From: a virus
Direction: 5' to 3' (one strand)
Virus record (IMG/VR): IMGVR_UViG_3300018411_000639
Span: 32,001-96,000 of that record
DNA length: 64,000 nucleotides
Shown here: piece by piece, positions 1-9,601 of the stretch
Numbering within the stretch: position 1 is the stretch's first letter
Layout of the letters: every line of letters begins with the position of its first letter
Program-made: the position numbers and the translations under genes
The notes under the pieces: generated by a model
Seen by the model: only the letters and a program-made list of their open reading frames with translations
Told to the model about the DNA's origin: nothing
The model's database searches: none

Positions 1-213
1 GATGTCTGAATCCGTAAGGCTGTTCTCTGCAAGGTACGCATCTATCTCCTGATAAAAGTAACTCAGGATGTACGCACTGCTTAGGATGTGAAAATTATCA
101 TAGAGGTAAGGCTCTACGGCCTGTATAGCTGTCGGAATTGACTTCTCAAACTGCTCGACTTCCCCTGTTGCCACCCGGACAACGGAGACCGTTATTTTGT
201 AGCGAATGTCCAT
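1..213 (-). CDS. Hypothetical protein, 5' part only (runs off the window edge)
   Basis: ATG at 213 preceded by a GAGGGGAA RBS; open frame MDIRYKITVSVVRVATGEVEQFEKSIPTA... to the window edge. Confidence 0.7.
   Translation of the reverse strand, partial: MDIRYKITVSVVRVATGEVEQFEKSIPTAIQAVEPYLYDNFHILSSAYILSYFYQEIDAYLAENSLTDSDI
129..144 (+). repeat. Dispersed 16-bp motif copy (CTGTCGGAATTGACTT)
   Basis: Exact 13-bp core TGTCGGAATTGAC shared with five other sites. Confidence 0.75.
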
Positions 214-239
214 AAGATACTTCCCCTCTTTAACACAAT

Positions 240-281
240 AAAAGAGGGCACCGGTTTACTAATTGTTAAACCAATGCCCTC
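240..281 (-). terminator. Rho-independent terminator
   Basis: Minus strand GAGGGCATTGGTTTA-ACAATTAG-TAAACCGGTGCCCTC followed by TTTTATT, just after the stop of 292..1395. Confidence 0.75.
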
Positions 282-291
282 CTTATGTTAA

Positions 292-1395
292 TTATGTTCG
301 TTTAAATGATCTAAATCCAACGACGCTTCCATCATACAAGGTTGGCAGAAAGGCGACTCCGGACAACTCCTTGTCGGAAATGTCCCAATAAGCCTCATCC
401 CACTTGAAATGACCCCACATAATCGGAGCCTCGGAATGAATTCTATCTCGGTAATATTTTAGCAAATCGGTTGCGGTACTGTCAACGTGAAACAGCTCGT
501 TCCGAAGCTTCAAATCCGCGTGATCATGCACTTGATGCATTTCTAGACCTGTGATGTAACTGACCTCGAGTTCGACTCCTTCGAGCCTCGGATCACCTGA
601 AAGCAGTACATGACCGGTCTCGCTCAGGAGCACTTCTTCTTCGGACAGGAGCTTCCCGTTGACTTGAACGGAATTGAGTACCACCATCGGGTCTTCGATC
701 AGGAAGTCCGAACCGCCGTTCAGCCAGACCGCCTCTTTCCGTAAGTTCAGTTCTCTGGCAATCCCGTTCATAAGTCCCTCTCGGTGAGCACCTGCAGGGT
801 TCTTGAAGACATCCATCAGGCGAGACTTGTACTCTCTGTTCCGTTCTCCGTGTATGCGCGGGCACTCCAGGATCAAACCGAACTCGTCAAAGAAATTCCA
901 GACGGGATGGACGGAGAGCGACTGTGTGTACCTCTTCCCTTTTACGGCAAAGCTGATTTGCCCGTCCGGGCAAAGAAGGTCACTGTCGTAGGGTTGGCGC
1001 ACATACAGGATGTTCCTGCTTGTATCAATGAAGTAAAGGTCATGACCATACAATTCGTTGTACTCGATACCCACCAGACCGATGCCGAAGAAGTGAGCGA
1101 GTTTCCGTGCTTTCCGCAAAGACCCCGACGACGAGAGGACTTCTTCCAACTCGTCGCTTGCAAGGTTCATTGGGATAATCGTTTTGTAGGCTATATCAAC
1201 AAAGTCGAGGTCGGCTGTTTCGATCGTTGTTTGCTCATAGGCATATTCGAGGACGTAACGAACCTCGTCCAGTTTCACTCCCGCGATGTCCAGGAACTGC
1301 GCCCCTAAACTATCGGAAGACTTCTTACGAATCTGGAACCAGTGAGGTAGCGCGTTTAGAATTTTTTCCGTATAACGAGCGAACTTGGAACTCAT
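292..1395 (-). CDS. Putative baseplate wedge protein (gpI/Mu gp48-like position)
   Basis: 367 aa; motif FDEFGLILECPRIHGERNREYKSRL resembles the LD-x-G...R-x-x-GE-x-D-x-x-YR-x-R wedge signature; lies two genes downstream of a gpJ-like gene. Confidence 0.55.
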   Translation of the reverse strand: MSSKFARYTEKILNALPHWFQIRKKSSDSLGAQFLDIAGVKLDEVRYVLEYAYEQTTIETADLDFVDIAYKTIIPMNLASDELEEVLSSSGSLRKARKLAHFFGIGLVGIEYNELYGHDLYFIDTSRNILYVRQPYDSDLLCPDGQISFAVKGKRYTQSLSVHPVWNFFDEFGLILECPRIHGERNREYKSRLMDVFKNPAGAHREGLMNGIARELNLRKEAVWLNGGSDFLIEDPMVVLNSVQVNGKLLSEEEVLLSETGHVLLSGDPRLEGVELEVSYITGLEMHQVHDHADLKLRNELFHVDSTATDLLKYYRDRIHSEAPIMWGHFKWDEAYWDISDKELSGVAFLPTLYDGSVVGFRSFKRT

Positions 1396-1408
1396 GAGGT
1401 CCCTCCTT

Positions 1409-2065
1409 TTAGATAACGATATTCTTGAACTTCAGACCTTTGAGGTCGCCGTTGATTGTTCCAAGCGATTCTTCCGCATCCTGTATTGTGTCAACAGAGA
1501 CACCAAGATAGACGTCCAGTATGACGGCAGCTCTCACGTAATCCGTGGTATAAAAAGGAGAAGAACAGATGGAGTAGATTTTGTCCTGAAGAACCTGGAT
1601 CTTATCGTGATTCCATACTGCGTACTTCTTCATCACAATCGCCATGACTTGCTGCTCTTCGTGCGTGTAGTTCTGATTCCCTATGAAGTAATTACCGTGC
1701 CGTTTCACGATAGATTCCAAAGCTTCCATGTGGGCATTATAGAGGTGTGTTGCGTTGTCGATCTCTCCGGCATCAACCTTCTTGGCCAAGACTAACAAGT
1801 GATTGTGGAAGGTGTCTAACTGGTTGGCGAGAACGTCACGGAAAACAGCTTCCTTTCCTTTGTTCGTCATAACGAAGGTCATCTGAATGTGTTGTTTCAG
1901 CATGTCGCAACGGACGAAGAAAGGATGTAACTCCAGAGCAACAGCGTGATGTAGCGGTTCTTCCTCTTTTTGTTCGGATCTCTTTTTTGTGATGATGGTA
2001 AGGAGTCCGAAAACGCCGCTAATGAAAGCGACGAGAACTCCCTCTGTTATCAAATACGATGGCAT
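1409..2065 (-). CDS. Hypothetical protein with N-terminal membrane anchor
   Basis: 218 aa; RBS AAAGAGG; hydrophobic GVLVAFISGVFGLLTII followed by the basic stretch TKKR. Confidence 0.7.
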   Translation of the reverse strand: MPSYLITEGVLVAFISGVFGLLTIITKKRSEQKEEEPLHHAVALELHPFFVRCDMLKQHIQMTFVMTNKGKEAVFRDVLANQLDTFHNHLLVLAKKVDAGEIDNATHLYNAHMEALESIVKRHGNYFIGNQNYTHEEQQVMAIVMKKYAVWNHDKIQVLQDKIYSICSSPFYTTDYVRAAVILDVYLGVSVDTIQDAEESLGTINGDLKGLKFKNIVI

Positions 2066-2081
2066 GAGTGTGGCCTCTTTT

Positions 2082-2900
2082 CTACAGGATTATAAGCGCA
2101 TCAGCGTCCGAGCTCAGCATGAAGCGCTCGTTCCACCGACAGTCTTGGTTGACAAACATAGCAGGTAATCCATTTAAACTGAAACGCTCACAGGTATAGG
2201 TCACGATGCTTGCGTTGACATTCATGACCTCCTGCGTAATCTGATCGGTGGTGATGGCTTCTCCGACTCTGCGAGTGGCGAAGAAATCCCTCAACGCCTG
2301 TCTGACGCTGTACTTGAGGTCTTGACTGACGGCGACGCTTGTTGTGTCTTTTGTCATCAGCTTGAGTGTGAGTTTGACGCTCACGGCATCAGGGCCTGTA
2401 ACCTCAAAGCGTGTTCCGTAGGCGGTCACCTTTTCCACGTTAGACTGGACAGAGGCGATGATTTCCGGAGCAGGCTCTGGGGAGTCTGTCGTGATCAGCA
2501 CAGAGAAACTGCCCGTCCCGTAGGAGTATTTCTTGAGGATGGCATCCTGAACACCGGACACACTGAGAGCAGCCAGACGAACGGCGGTTTCGTTTGCGGT
2601 CGCCGTGGTGAGGACGCTCTTGGATATCCGATAGCGATAATCCGCATCTTCTTCTCCGACTAACCTCTCGCAAGCCATCAACGCACCAACCGCTTCTAGG
2701 TAAGACCCTGTTGCGGTTGACACGAAGGACTGCACATGATTTAAAGTCAGGACATCGTAAAGGTCTGCGATGTTTCTGTTGACGAGGCCGAGGAAGAGTT
2801 TTGCGATCGAACCCGCCGAGGTGCTGAATCCGACATTCTGGAGGTTCTGTAAATCTTCTTCTTGCAGTTCTTCAAAAGTTTTCGTGTTGAGTAATATCAT
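2082..2900 (-). CDS. Baseplate J-like wedge protein
   Basis: 272 aa; ATGSYLEAVG...ERLVGEEDADYRYRI and ALSVSGVQDA motifs typical of Baseplate_J family proteins; position after a gp25-like gene. Confidence 0.75.
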   Translation of the reverse strand: MILLNTKTFEELQEEDLQNLQNVGFSTSAGSIAKLFLGLVNRNIADLYDVLTLNHVQSFVSTATGSYLEAVGALMACERLVGEEDADYRYRISKSVLTTATANETAVRLAALSVSGVQDAILKKYSYGTGSFSVLITTDSPEPAPEIIASVQSNVEKVTAYGTRFEVTGPDAVSVKLTLKLMTKDTTSVAVSQDLKYSVRQALRDFFATRRVGEAITTDQITQEVMNVNASIVTYTCERFSLNGLPAMFVNQDCRWNERFMLSSDADALIIL

Positions 2901-2905
2901 TTAGC

Positions 2906-3310
2906 TTAGCCTCCAATCTTGACGTTGATTCCTTTGATGAGATCGAGCTGAACAGAAAGCGACGTTGCGCTTAGTCCATCCAGAGTTCGCAGGTAAACCT
3001 GATACGTGACATCTGTTGCTGATTCCTGTTCGGCCTTGATGAAGATTTCCCCGTAATCGTAGAGGTCGCCTTCCATTAAGGATGCGAGTATTTTCTCTTT
3101 CCCTACCGCACGGGATGAAACATTGTTGGGTTTGCCGAGAAGCGCTTCTAGGTCAGCCCCGATGTGATCACTGAACCAACCTTTGCGGATGGACTTGATT
3201 CTGCAAAGAGCCATCTGAGTTCGGAGGTCGTCATCCATCTGTCGCGAAATGTCGTGCGTCTCTGCATCCATCAAGAATTCTCCGTTACTGTCTAGACCAA
3301 AATCAAACAT
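2906..3310 (-). CDS. Putative gp25/gpW-like baseplate protein (sheath initiator)
   Basis: 134 aa; GWFSDHIGADLEALLG motif, size, and position between the spike and J-like genes. Confidence 0.6.
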   Translation of the reverse strand: MFDFGLDSNGEFLMDAETHDISRQMDDDLRTQMALCRIKSIRKGWFSDHIGADLEALLGKPNNVSSRAVGKEKILASLMEGDLYDYGEIFIKAEQESATDVTYQVYLRTLDGLSATSLSVQLDLIKGINVKIGG

Positions 3311-4274
3311 CTTCTTCTACCTCTTCTCCGTTCAGAATCTTGATGATGTCGTCCCTGTTTGTGATGAACTCCCCATCCAGAAGGACTTGGGATCCCCTCA
3401 AAAGGATGCGATTATTTGCTTCCAGTGTGATGTTCTTTCCGCTCTTGACGTGAACATCGCCTTCGGAACTGACTGACCACTTCCCGACTTCCATGGTCGC
3501 CTCTCCAGTCTTCAGGGCGAAGGTTTCAGCCTCCACCCCAAAGTGTTTCTGGATGACAAGTTTCATGGAGTCCTCGACGGTGGCATTCAGGTTCGTCACA
3601 TGATGGTTTTCGTTCCGAGTGAAGAAGTTGATGGATTGCGTTTTGGGGTCGATGCGGATGCCCTGATCCCCTTCAACGAATATGTCAATCATCCCATTGT
3701 TGCGAAGTTTTATGGTAGAACCTGTCTTGGGATGCGTAATACCAGGCTCTTCCGCTTCATAGAAACTGGTATTCGTCATGGCAGACAGGAGCGTCTGAAT
3801 CGGGTCAACCGTCCAGTCGGCGTACTTGTTTGTGTTCTGGTTGGAGAGGTCGATCCAATCCTCATGAAGCGGAGAAAAAGAAGAGAAGTCGTACTCTTCC
3901 GCTCCGTTGGCTTCCACGAGGTTGTCCGGCAAGTAAGCGCCCTGCTTTTGATGCTGTAGTCGCTTCCTGCTGTGGATCTGGTAGCGTTCGTCAGCAAGTG
4001 CCACAATCTTTGGTTGAAGCAACGACTTGTTGGCGAAGGACACCCACACCTGATCACCTACAAAAGGGCCGGCTGAGTGGAAACCTCCGCTGCCAAGCTG
4101 AATCGGAACGTTCTCGGATGTAAGGAAACCTGCGTGCTTGGGGTCTTTGAAGCTGATGGTCGCTCGGTGCTTCAGTCCGTCGTAAGCCACCACTTCCGCT
4201 AGGACGGTATCGAACTGATTGTTGTCATGCGGTTTAAGGATCTTTTCCTGTATCGCTCGTTTGATCTGGGACAT
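3303..4274 (-). CDS. Putative baseplate central spike (gpV/gp5-like: OB-fold plus beta-helix)
   Basis: 323 aa; N-terminal GPFVGDQVWVSF OB-fold-like motif; C-terminal short beta-repeat strands; follows the hub gene. Confidence 0.6.
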   Translation of the reverse strand: MSQIKRAIQEKILKPHDNNQFDTVLAEVVAYDGLKHRATISFKDPKHAGFLTSENVPIQLGSGGFHSAGPFVGDQVWVSFANKSLLQPKIVALADERYQIHSRKRLQHQKQGAYLPDNLVEANGAEEYDFSSFSPLHEDWIDLSNQNTNKYADWTVDPIQTLLSAMTNTSFYEAEEPGITHPKTGSTIKLRNNGMIDIFVEGDQGIRIDPKTQSINFFTRNENHHVTNLNATVEDSMKLVIQKHFGVEAETFALKTGEATMEVGKWSVSSEGDVHVKSGKNITLEANNRILLRGSQVLLDGEFITNRDDIIKILNGEEVEEDV

Positions 4275-4307
4275 TCGTGTACCTCCTTTCGTCAGTGACT
4301 AATTACT

Positions 4308-7300
4308 TCACTCTGCATCGTCATCCGTTGGGGCTTCTGAGTTATAGACCGCATCACCCGTACCGCCCGGAATGATGTTTTTGCCTCCTTTTACGCCACC
4401 AACGAAAGCCTGTCCTTCCTTATCCAACGGGAAGAGCGTCACGCAGTTATTCCACTGGAACATGTCGAACAACCCCTCAAGAATGATATTCGTTACGACT
4501 TCCCCTGCGATCCATCCGGCCACGGCACCGACCCCGGGAAGGACCGTCCCTCCGGCTAAAGCTAACCCCGTCTTGAGTACGTCAGCAGCTTGCTCTGTCG
4601 TCCTAATTGCCTTGATTGCTTTGAGTCCCGTCTGTGCTGTCTTGACGTGACTCATCAGATCCAATGACTTGATGTAGTCGGCAGAGGTGCTGATGTAGCC
4701 TTTGTAGTCCTTGAATACCTTGCCGCTCTTGACCGCCTGATAGAAGTCCTTCGATAAGGAAACACCCTTTGTTGCGCCTTCGACCGCATTTGCTGCAAAG
4801 GTCCCTGAGCGCACCCCTTGGTTGATTGTCTTGAAGGCAGAGCCGCCACCGTGAATGACGGCACTAGCTGCGCCCATCGTGAGCTTGCGGGTAAAGGAGT
4901 TGGTAGAGGCGATACCGGCCCAAGCAAACATGCTCTTGATGACGTTCCCCTTTCCGGAGTTCTGTGCGTTCGACATGTTCATCAGGCCCGGTGTGATGGT
5001 TGTAACGAAACCTCCTTGAGCACTCATGGAGTGAACGACTTTCCGGACTTCGGCGACGCCGCGGATGCCCGTGTAGGCGTCATACATGTAAAATGTATCG
5101 CAGGGTTTTACGGAAGCGTCACCCAGAAGGAGTAGGCTTCCTTGGTAGGTTTCGCTCCAACTATCAAGCAGGTTTGACACCCCAATCTTGATGGCTGCCG
5201 CTTTCCCGACATCAAAGCCTAGCTTCTCGTAAAGCCAATCCCAACCGAGATAATCCTGAGATATGGTTGTGTCAATTACCGAGGTGTGTTGTTTTGACCA
5301 ATCAATCGACTTGTCGCTGTATAGAGTAGGAGTCGATTTGAGCTCTCCGCCCAGACTGTACATGGCGACAATGTTTGTCTTTACCTCTGAAGAGGAAACC
5401 TTGATTTGGTTGTCCACGATATCACACAAGGAATCGAAGTAATGGAACTGAGAAAAAGTCTTCCCTGCCTCGTAGAGTTTTTCATCCACAATGTCGTACC
5501 GGTACTTGGCAATCCATTGCGGGAGCCCGTAGAAGACACGGCTCTCGAACTGATGGTACATCGGCTGAGCAACAAACTCAGGAACACCTTGCGCCACCAT
5601 CTGCATACAATCCCAAACTGTCTTGTTGTAGATGTTGAAGTTGATGTTCTCTTCTCCGTCAGCGCCGATCAACCATCCATTTGACCCAATGAACGGTTGG
5701 CACTTGTATTTCCCAATATAGAGGTTCTTGCAAAGATCGTATTGCGACTCTTTGGCCAAGTCCGCGAACAAGCCGTTGTTCGAGTAGATTCCGAAATGTT
5801 CGATCCCGAAAGCATTAGGTTCTCCCCACTTTTCGGATAACATGTTCCCTAGTTTATTCTTGCGGGAACGCAACAGGGACGCAATGACATCCGAGGGCTC
5901 TGACCCGAACTTGAAGGCGCCGTTCTCCTGATCCTCTTTGGTGGACACTACGTCGTTGACTAATTCCGCTCCGTCGCTTTGGGCTATGATCGTAACAATG
6001 TCCCCTGCGTCTATGTCGGAAATGACACCATTGAAGCTGATTGGCAACGACATCGGGTTACTGCCATAGCCCATTCTCAGATGGATGCGACAGCCGGGCT
6101 TTACGTTCGCCGTATCGAAGATCATGTTCTTGAGGGCAATCATATTGTCCGTCACCTGCGGGCCGCCTAGCAAACTACCTGTTAGCTTGTACCAACCCAC
6201 GACAAAGGTGTCGCTGACTGCCTCTAGCGCAGTACCGACGAGCGCATCAGGGAGGCCGGCCACCACGTTTACATTATCTGGCGCATGGTCACCGACGTTT
6301 TTGTAGAAATCCCAATAGTCGCTGATGTTGTCACTCACATAAGGAGAGGGTATCTTCGGCGCCTTTGAGATTTCGTTGTAGGCGTTGCTTACCGTGATGG
6401 ATGCGGTGTGGACAGGTTGATCGTTTTCCTGAAAGACGGATACGTCAAGCAAGGAACGGTACGTGTAGAAGTTTGACCAAAGCTTTTGTCCGTCCAACCA
6501 TTCCCCGCCATCATCCACAATCAGGAACATGAACGTAGGGAAGGCCCGAAGCAGGCGACCTCTTGCGGAGTACTCCACCATATCGACCGTCATCCGGTTG
6601 AGCAACTCATCCCCTTCGGCTTCTTCCTGAAAGACTTCTTTGTTCCAGAACTGATCCGCCTTTTCGAAGACGGGCTTGCCGAAGTTATCGAAGTTAAGCG
6701 TTCCTGTCTTCGTTCCCAACGTCTTGCCTGCATCGGTTTGACTCCATGAATAAGTGGACACCGCAGGAGAAGCGGCGACAGAAGACCCCGGCGTACCGAG
6801 GGAGCTACCGTCATAGGCTTGACCTGTCAGCTGAGCGTAGTAGGCGGTCACGTTCGGAACCCAATGGACGTTTAGACCAGTCGGATCGTTAGCGGCTCCT
6901 ACGGGGCAGTATTTCGATCCAATCGCTTCGATCGTAACAAGCCCTTGGTCGATGTAACCTTTCTTCAGGTTGCTAAAGGTGAACGCAAGTCCTTCATCAA
7001 ATGTAGCAAACCGCTTGAGCGTGGACCAGTTGTTATTCCAGTCCATGATGCCGCCGGGGTTGTTGTAGTTACGGATAGCGTTGGATGTCCCGTTACCTGT
7101 TTCGTGAATTACGATAGCCGCAACGATTGCGGGGTCCACGCCGTACTGCTGCCCCAAGGAGATGAAGGTGGACCCTCTTCCCGCCAAGACACCTCCTAGT
7201 GTTTGGTTCATCGTATCCGCAGAAACCTTACTCTTTGTTTCAACGACTCTCGGTGCAGATTCGGTTCCATCGAAGGACAGGTTGCCTGTGGCCTTCCTTG

Positions 7301-9578
7301 TGCTTGTTGTCGCACTTGTCGTGCCTCCTGACGCAAACGCACGGACACGCCCGAATTGATAATAGTTCGCCCAACTCTTCTTTCCATTCGTTACGCCTTT
7401 TTGCGGATTCATCGCTTCAACCGTGTCTTCGTTCCCGAGGTAGATAGCAAGATGCCCGTCCGAAACCAACAAATCCCCTGGTTGTAGCTCGCTTTCGGAA
7501 ATCTTTTGCACACGGGCGGCGTCGTCAACCAAACCTTGATGGTTGGTGCGATACCCAGCCGGAGCAATCCCTAGCTGAATCCACAGCCAACAAATCAGAC
7601 CCGAACAGTCAAACGAGTTTGGCCCTGCCGCACCCCAGACGTAAGGCTTCCCTCTTTGGGCTTGAGCCAAGTCGATGAAGGCTTGCGTGCTTGCGTTTGC
7701 GCTTGTACTGCCTCCGATGGCACCACCTCCGCTCGACCCTCCGCTTCCGCCTGAGCTGCCAGACCAAGTCAGTGACCCGTCATCCCCTGCGATCGCTCCT
7801 TCCGGAATCTCATCGCCCCAATCCTTGTCCGGAACGGTGAAACTGTTCGGTGTCGGCTGCACATTCTTATGCAAGGTCGAGTTGGCATCTGGGTCCATGT
7901 CCTCGTATTTCATCGGGTAGAACACGTAGAAGTCCGGATCAAGGTAGACGGAGTAGTAACCGCCCGGCCCTTTGCCGGGGATGTAAGACACCTCTTTCGG
8001 ATACTCGGTGTAACCCAGAGGAGATAAACCCTTGTTCTTCCGGAAGGCTTGGATAGCAAGGATCGCCACGTTCACTTCTTTGTAAGTTGGAAGAAAGAGG
8101 TCAGGATAAAGCTCTACATGTTTCATCAGCTGTCGCTCTATTTCGTTGTCCTGTCTTGCTTTCCTTTCGAACCCGTCGTAATCCTGTGTAATGGTGTCGG
8201 CCATCGTCCCTTTTTGATTGACCGGGGAGAAGCCTTGGATACTCTCTTGTCGTTCTTGACGGGCGTTAAAGCTGATGCACTGAATTTGTATCTGGTAAAG
8301 GTCTGGGAACTCGGGAACGGTACTGACATTGATATCGTCAATCATAAGATAAGAAGTACCCGTCAGCGAGATGAGTTCGTTCTCGACCTTCACGAACCCG
8401 AAGGAGTTGAATTTCCTGTAGGTTCTTACCAGTGTCTTCGTCATGTTCTCCAGCTGCTGGAACTTGGCGATTACCTTCGCACTGGTTGTTTCCAGTGTAA
8501 AGGTGAAGGTGGTGTCCATGCCGCCCATGAATTGCATCGTGGGCGTGGACTGGTCAGCCAACTGTATCGTCGGAAGAAGGTTGGACAGACCGAACTGCAA
8601 CTCGGTCATCTGAACATTGTCCTCGTTCGTTACGATCGTAGTGAAGCTCTTGTCTTTCAGGAGGTTCTCTCCGATGGTGTAGTCTTCATCATCCACACCG
8701 GCAAGCAGGGTTTCAGGATTCAATGCCTTGAAAACGAAAGAGCCAGTGAGACTCGACTGATCTTTCCCGACAGGTTTCAGGTAGTTCGGCTCTTTTCCGT
8801 CCGAGGACATAGCCCTCTGATAGTAGTAGCGGAACAGATCCCAATCAATGTAATCCTCGAAGAAGATGCCAGGTACTTCTATATAAGGCTCCACGTTAAA
8901 CTCTTGCATAACAAGCGTTGCCTGCAGCGTATCGGGGAACCCCGGCATGGTGTTTACCGAGAACCCTGACAGAGCGACATTGAAGATGGCGTGGGTTGTG
9001 TTCAGGAAGTCATTCACGACTGGCAAGAACGGCGTGCATTTGAATTGAGCTAACAGAGGACGAAGGCCGTCCACATAATACGGACTCTTCGGAAAAGGGG
9101 ATTCCACTTCATACCCGTTGATCTGTTCGTACCCATTGAACACGAACTGGACCACAATCTCTCTTCGGGAATAACCGTGCTTCACTTTTGTCGAACCTTC
9201 TTGTCGGATGGAAACCACACTGTCGGTGGTTGAACTGGTTCTGACGGAGATGAACTCCGGAGGGATCACCAAGGAACAATCCCCTATCCGAAGTGTAAAT
9301 TCATCCGCACCGGTTCGGTGTGGGTATTCGAGGTAGTCGTAATAGTTCGGCGGCTCAACCCGTCGCTCTGGCGTGATTCGGCGAAGTCTGTCCATTACTT
9401 TCTGCGTGTCCTCGTCCTTGATACCTGTTGCCGTGGTGTCGTTGTAGCCTGGATCGGAACCTTTGAATGTTTTCTGCTTTGGCTTTAGCTTTCCGAGGAT
9501 GTCAGACAAGGCATCTGTTGTGTCCTTGCTGACTCCGATGGAAGTTAAAAATGTGTCTAGTAGATCGTCTGCCGGCAT
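4308..9578 (-). CDS. Baseplate hub / tail-associated lysin with NlpC/P60 peptidase and lysozyme-like (glucosaminidase-type) domains
   Basis: 1756 aa; GKPYVWGAAGPNSFDCSGL (Cys658) and GHLAIY (His709); AIVIHETGNG..NNPGGI..YCP..ANDP muramidase-like segment; hub-like RIHLRMGYGS and VRKVVHS..GFVTTI motifs. Confidence 0.8.
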   Translation of the reverse strand: MPADDLLDTFLTSIGVSKDTTDALSDILGKLKPKQKTFKGSDPGYNDTTATGIKDEDTQKVMDRLRRITPERRVEPPNYYDYLEYPHRTGADEFTLRIGDCSLVIPPEFISVRTSSTTDSVVSIRQEGSTKVKHGYSRREIVVQFVFNGYEQINGYEVESPFPKSPYYVDGLRPLLAQFKCTPFLPVVNDFLNTTHAIFNVALSGFSVNTMPGFPDTLQATLVMQEFNVEPYIEVPGIFFEDYIDWDLFRYYYQRAMSSDGKEPNYLKPVGKDQSSLTGSFVFKALNPETLLAGVDDEDYTIGENLLKDKSFTTIVTNEDNVQMTELQFGLSNLLPTIQLADQSTPTMQFMGGMDTTFTFTLETTSAKVIAKFQQLENMTKTLVRTYRKFNSFGFVKVENELISLTGTSYLMIDDINVSTVPEFPDLYQIQIQCISFNARQERQESIQGFSPVNQKGTMADTITQDYDGFERKARQDNEIERQLMKHVELYPDLFLPTYKEVNVAILAIQAFRKNKGLSPLGYTEYPKEVSYIPGKGPGGYYSVYLDPDFYVFYPMKYEDMDPDANSTLHKNVQPTPNSFTVPDKDWGDEIPEGAIAGDDGSLTWSGSSGGSGGSSGGGAIGGSTSANASTQAFIDLAQAQRGKPYVWGAAGPNSFDCSGLICWLWIQLGIAPAGYRTNHQGLVDDAARVQKISESELQPGDLLVSDGHLAIYLGNEDTVEAMNPQKGVTNGKKSWANYYQFGRVRAFASGGTTSATTSTRKATGNLSFDGTESAPRVVETKSKVSADTMNQTLGGVLAGRGSTFISLGQQYGVDPAIVAAIVIHETGNGTSNAIRNYNNPGGIMDWNNNWSTLKRFATFDEGLAFTFSNLKKGYIDQGLVTIEAIGSKYCPVGAANDPTGLNVHWVPNVTAYYAQLTGQAYDGSSLGTPGSSVAASPAVSTYSWSQTDAGKTLGTKTGTLNFDNFGKPVFEKADQFWNKEVFQEEAEGDELLNRMTVDMVEYSARGRLLRAFPTFMFLIVDDGGEWLDGQKLWSNFYTYRSLLDVSVFQENDQPVHTASITVSNAYNEISKAPKIPSPYVSDNISDYWDFYKNVGDHAPDNVNVVAGLPDALVGTALEAVSDTFVVGWYKLTGSLLGGPQVTDNMIALKNMIFDTANVKPGCRIHLRMGYGSNPMSLPISFNGVISDIDAGDIVTIIAQSDGAELVNDVVSTKEDQENGAFKFGSEPSDVIASLLRSRKNKLGNMLSEKWGEPNAFGIEHFGIYSNNGLFADLAKESQYDLCKNLYIGKYKCQPFIGSNGWLIGADGEENINFNIYNKTVWDCMQMVAQGVPEFVAQPMYHQFESRVFYGLPQWIAKYRYDIVDEKLYEAGKTFSQFHYFDSLCDIVDNQIKVSSSEVKTNIVAMYSLGGELKSTPTLYSDKSIDWSKQHTSVIDTTISQDYLGWDWLYEKLGFDVGKAAAIKIGVSNLLDSWSETYQGSLLLLGDASVKPCDTFYMYDAYTGIRGVAEVRKVVHSMSAQGGFVTTITPGLMNMSNAQNSGKGNVIKSMFAWAGIASTNSFTRKLTMGAASAVIHGGGSAFKTINQGVRSGTFAANAVEGATKGVSLSKDFYQAVKSGKVFKDYKGYISTSADYIKSLDLMSHVKTAQTGLKAIKAIRTTEQAADVLKTGLALAGGTVLPGVGAVAGWIAGEVVTNIILEGLFDMFQWNNCVTLFPLDKEGQAFVGGVKGGKNIIPGGTGDAVYNSEAPTDDDAE
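6013..6028 (+). repeat. Variant of dispersed motif (ATGTCGGAAATGACAC)
   Basis: 14/16 match to GTGTCGGAATTGACAC, same orientation. Confidence 0.5.
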
Positions 9579-9601
9579 CTTTTCACTCTCCTTTTATAGG
9601 G

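Noticed and set aside
5269-5284. Possible opposite-orientation motif copy GTGTCAATTACCGAGG; also the weak match TTGTCGGAAATGTCCC at 371-386
   Set aside because: These require an indel or several mismatches in the arms and are compatible with chance
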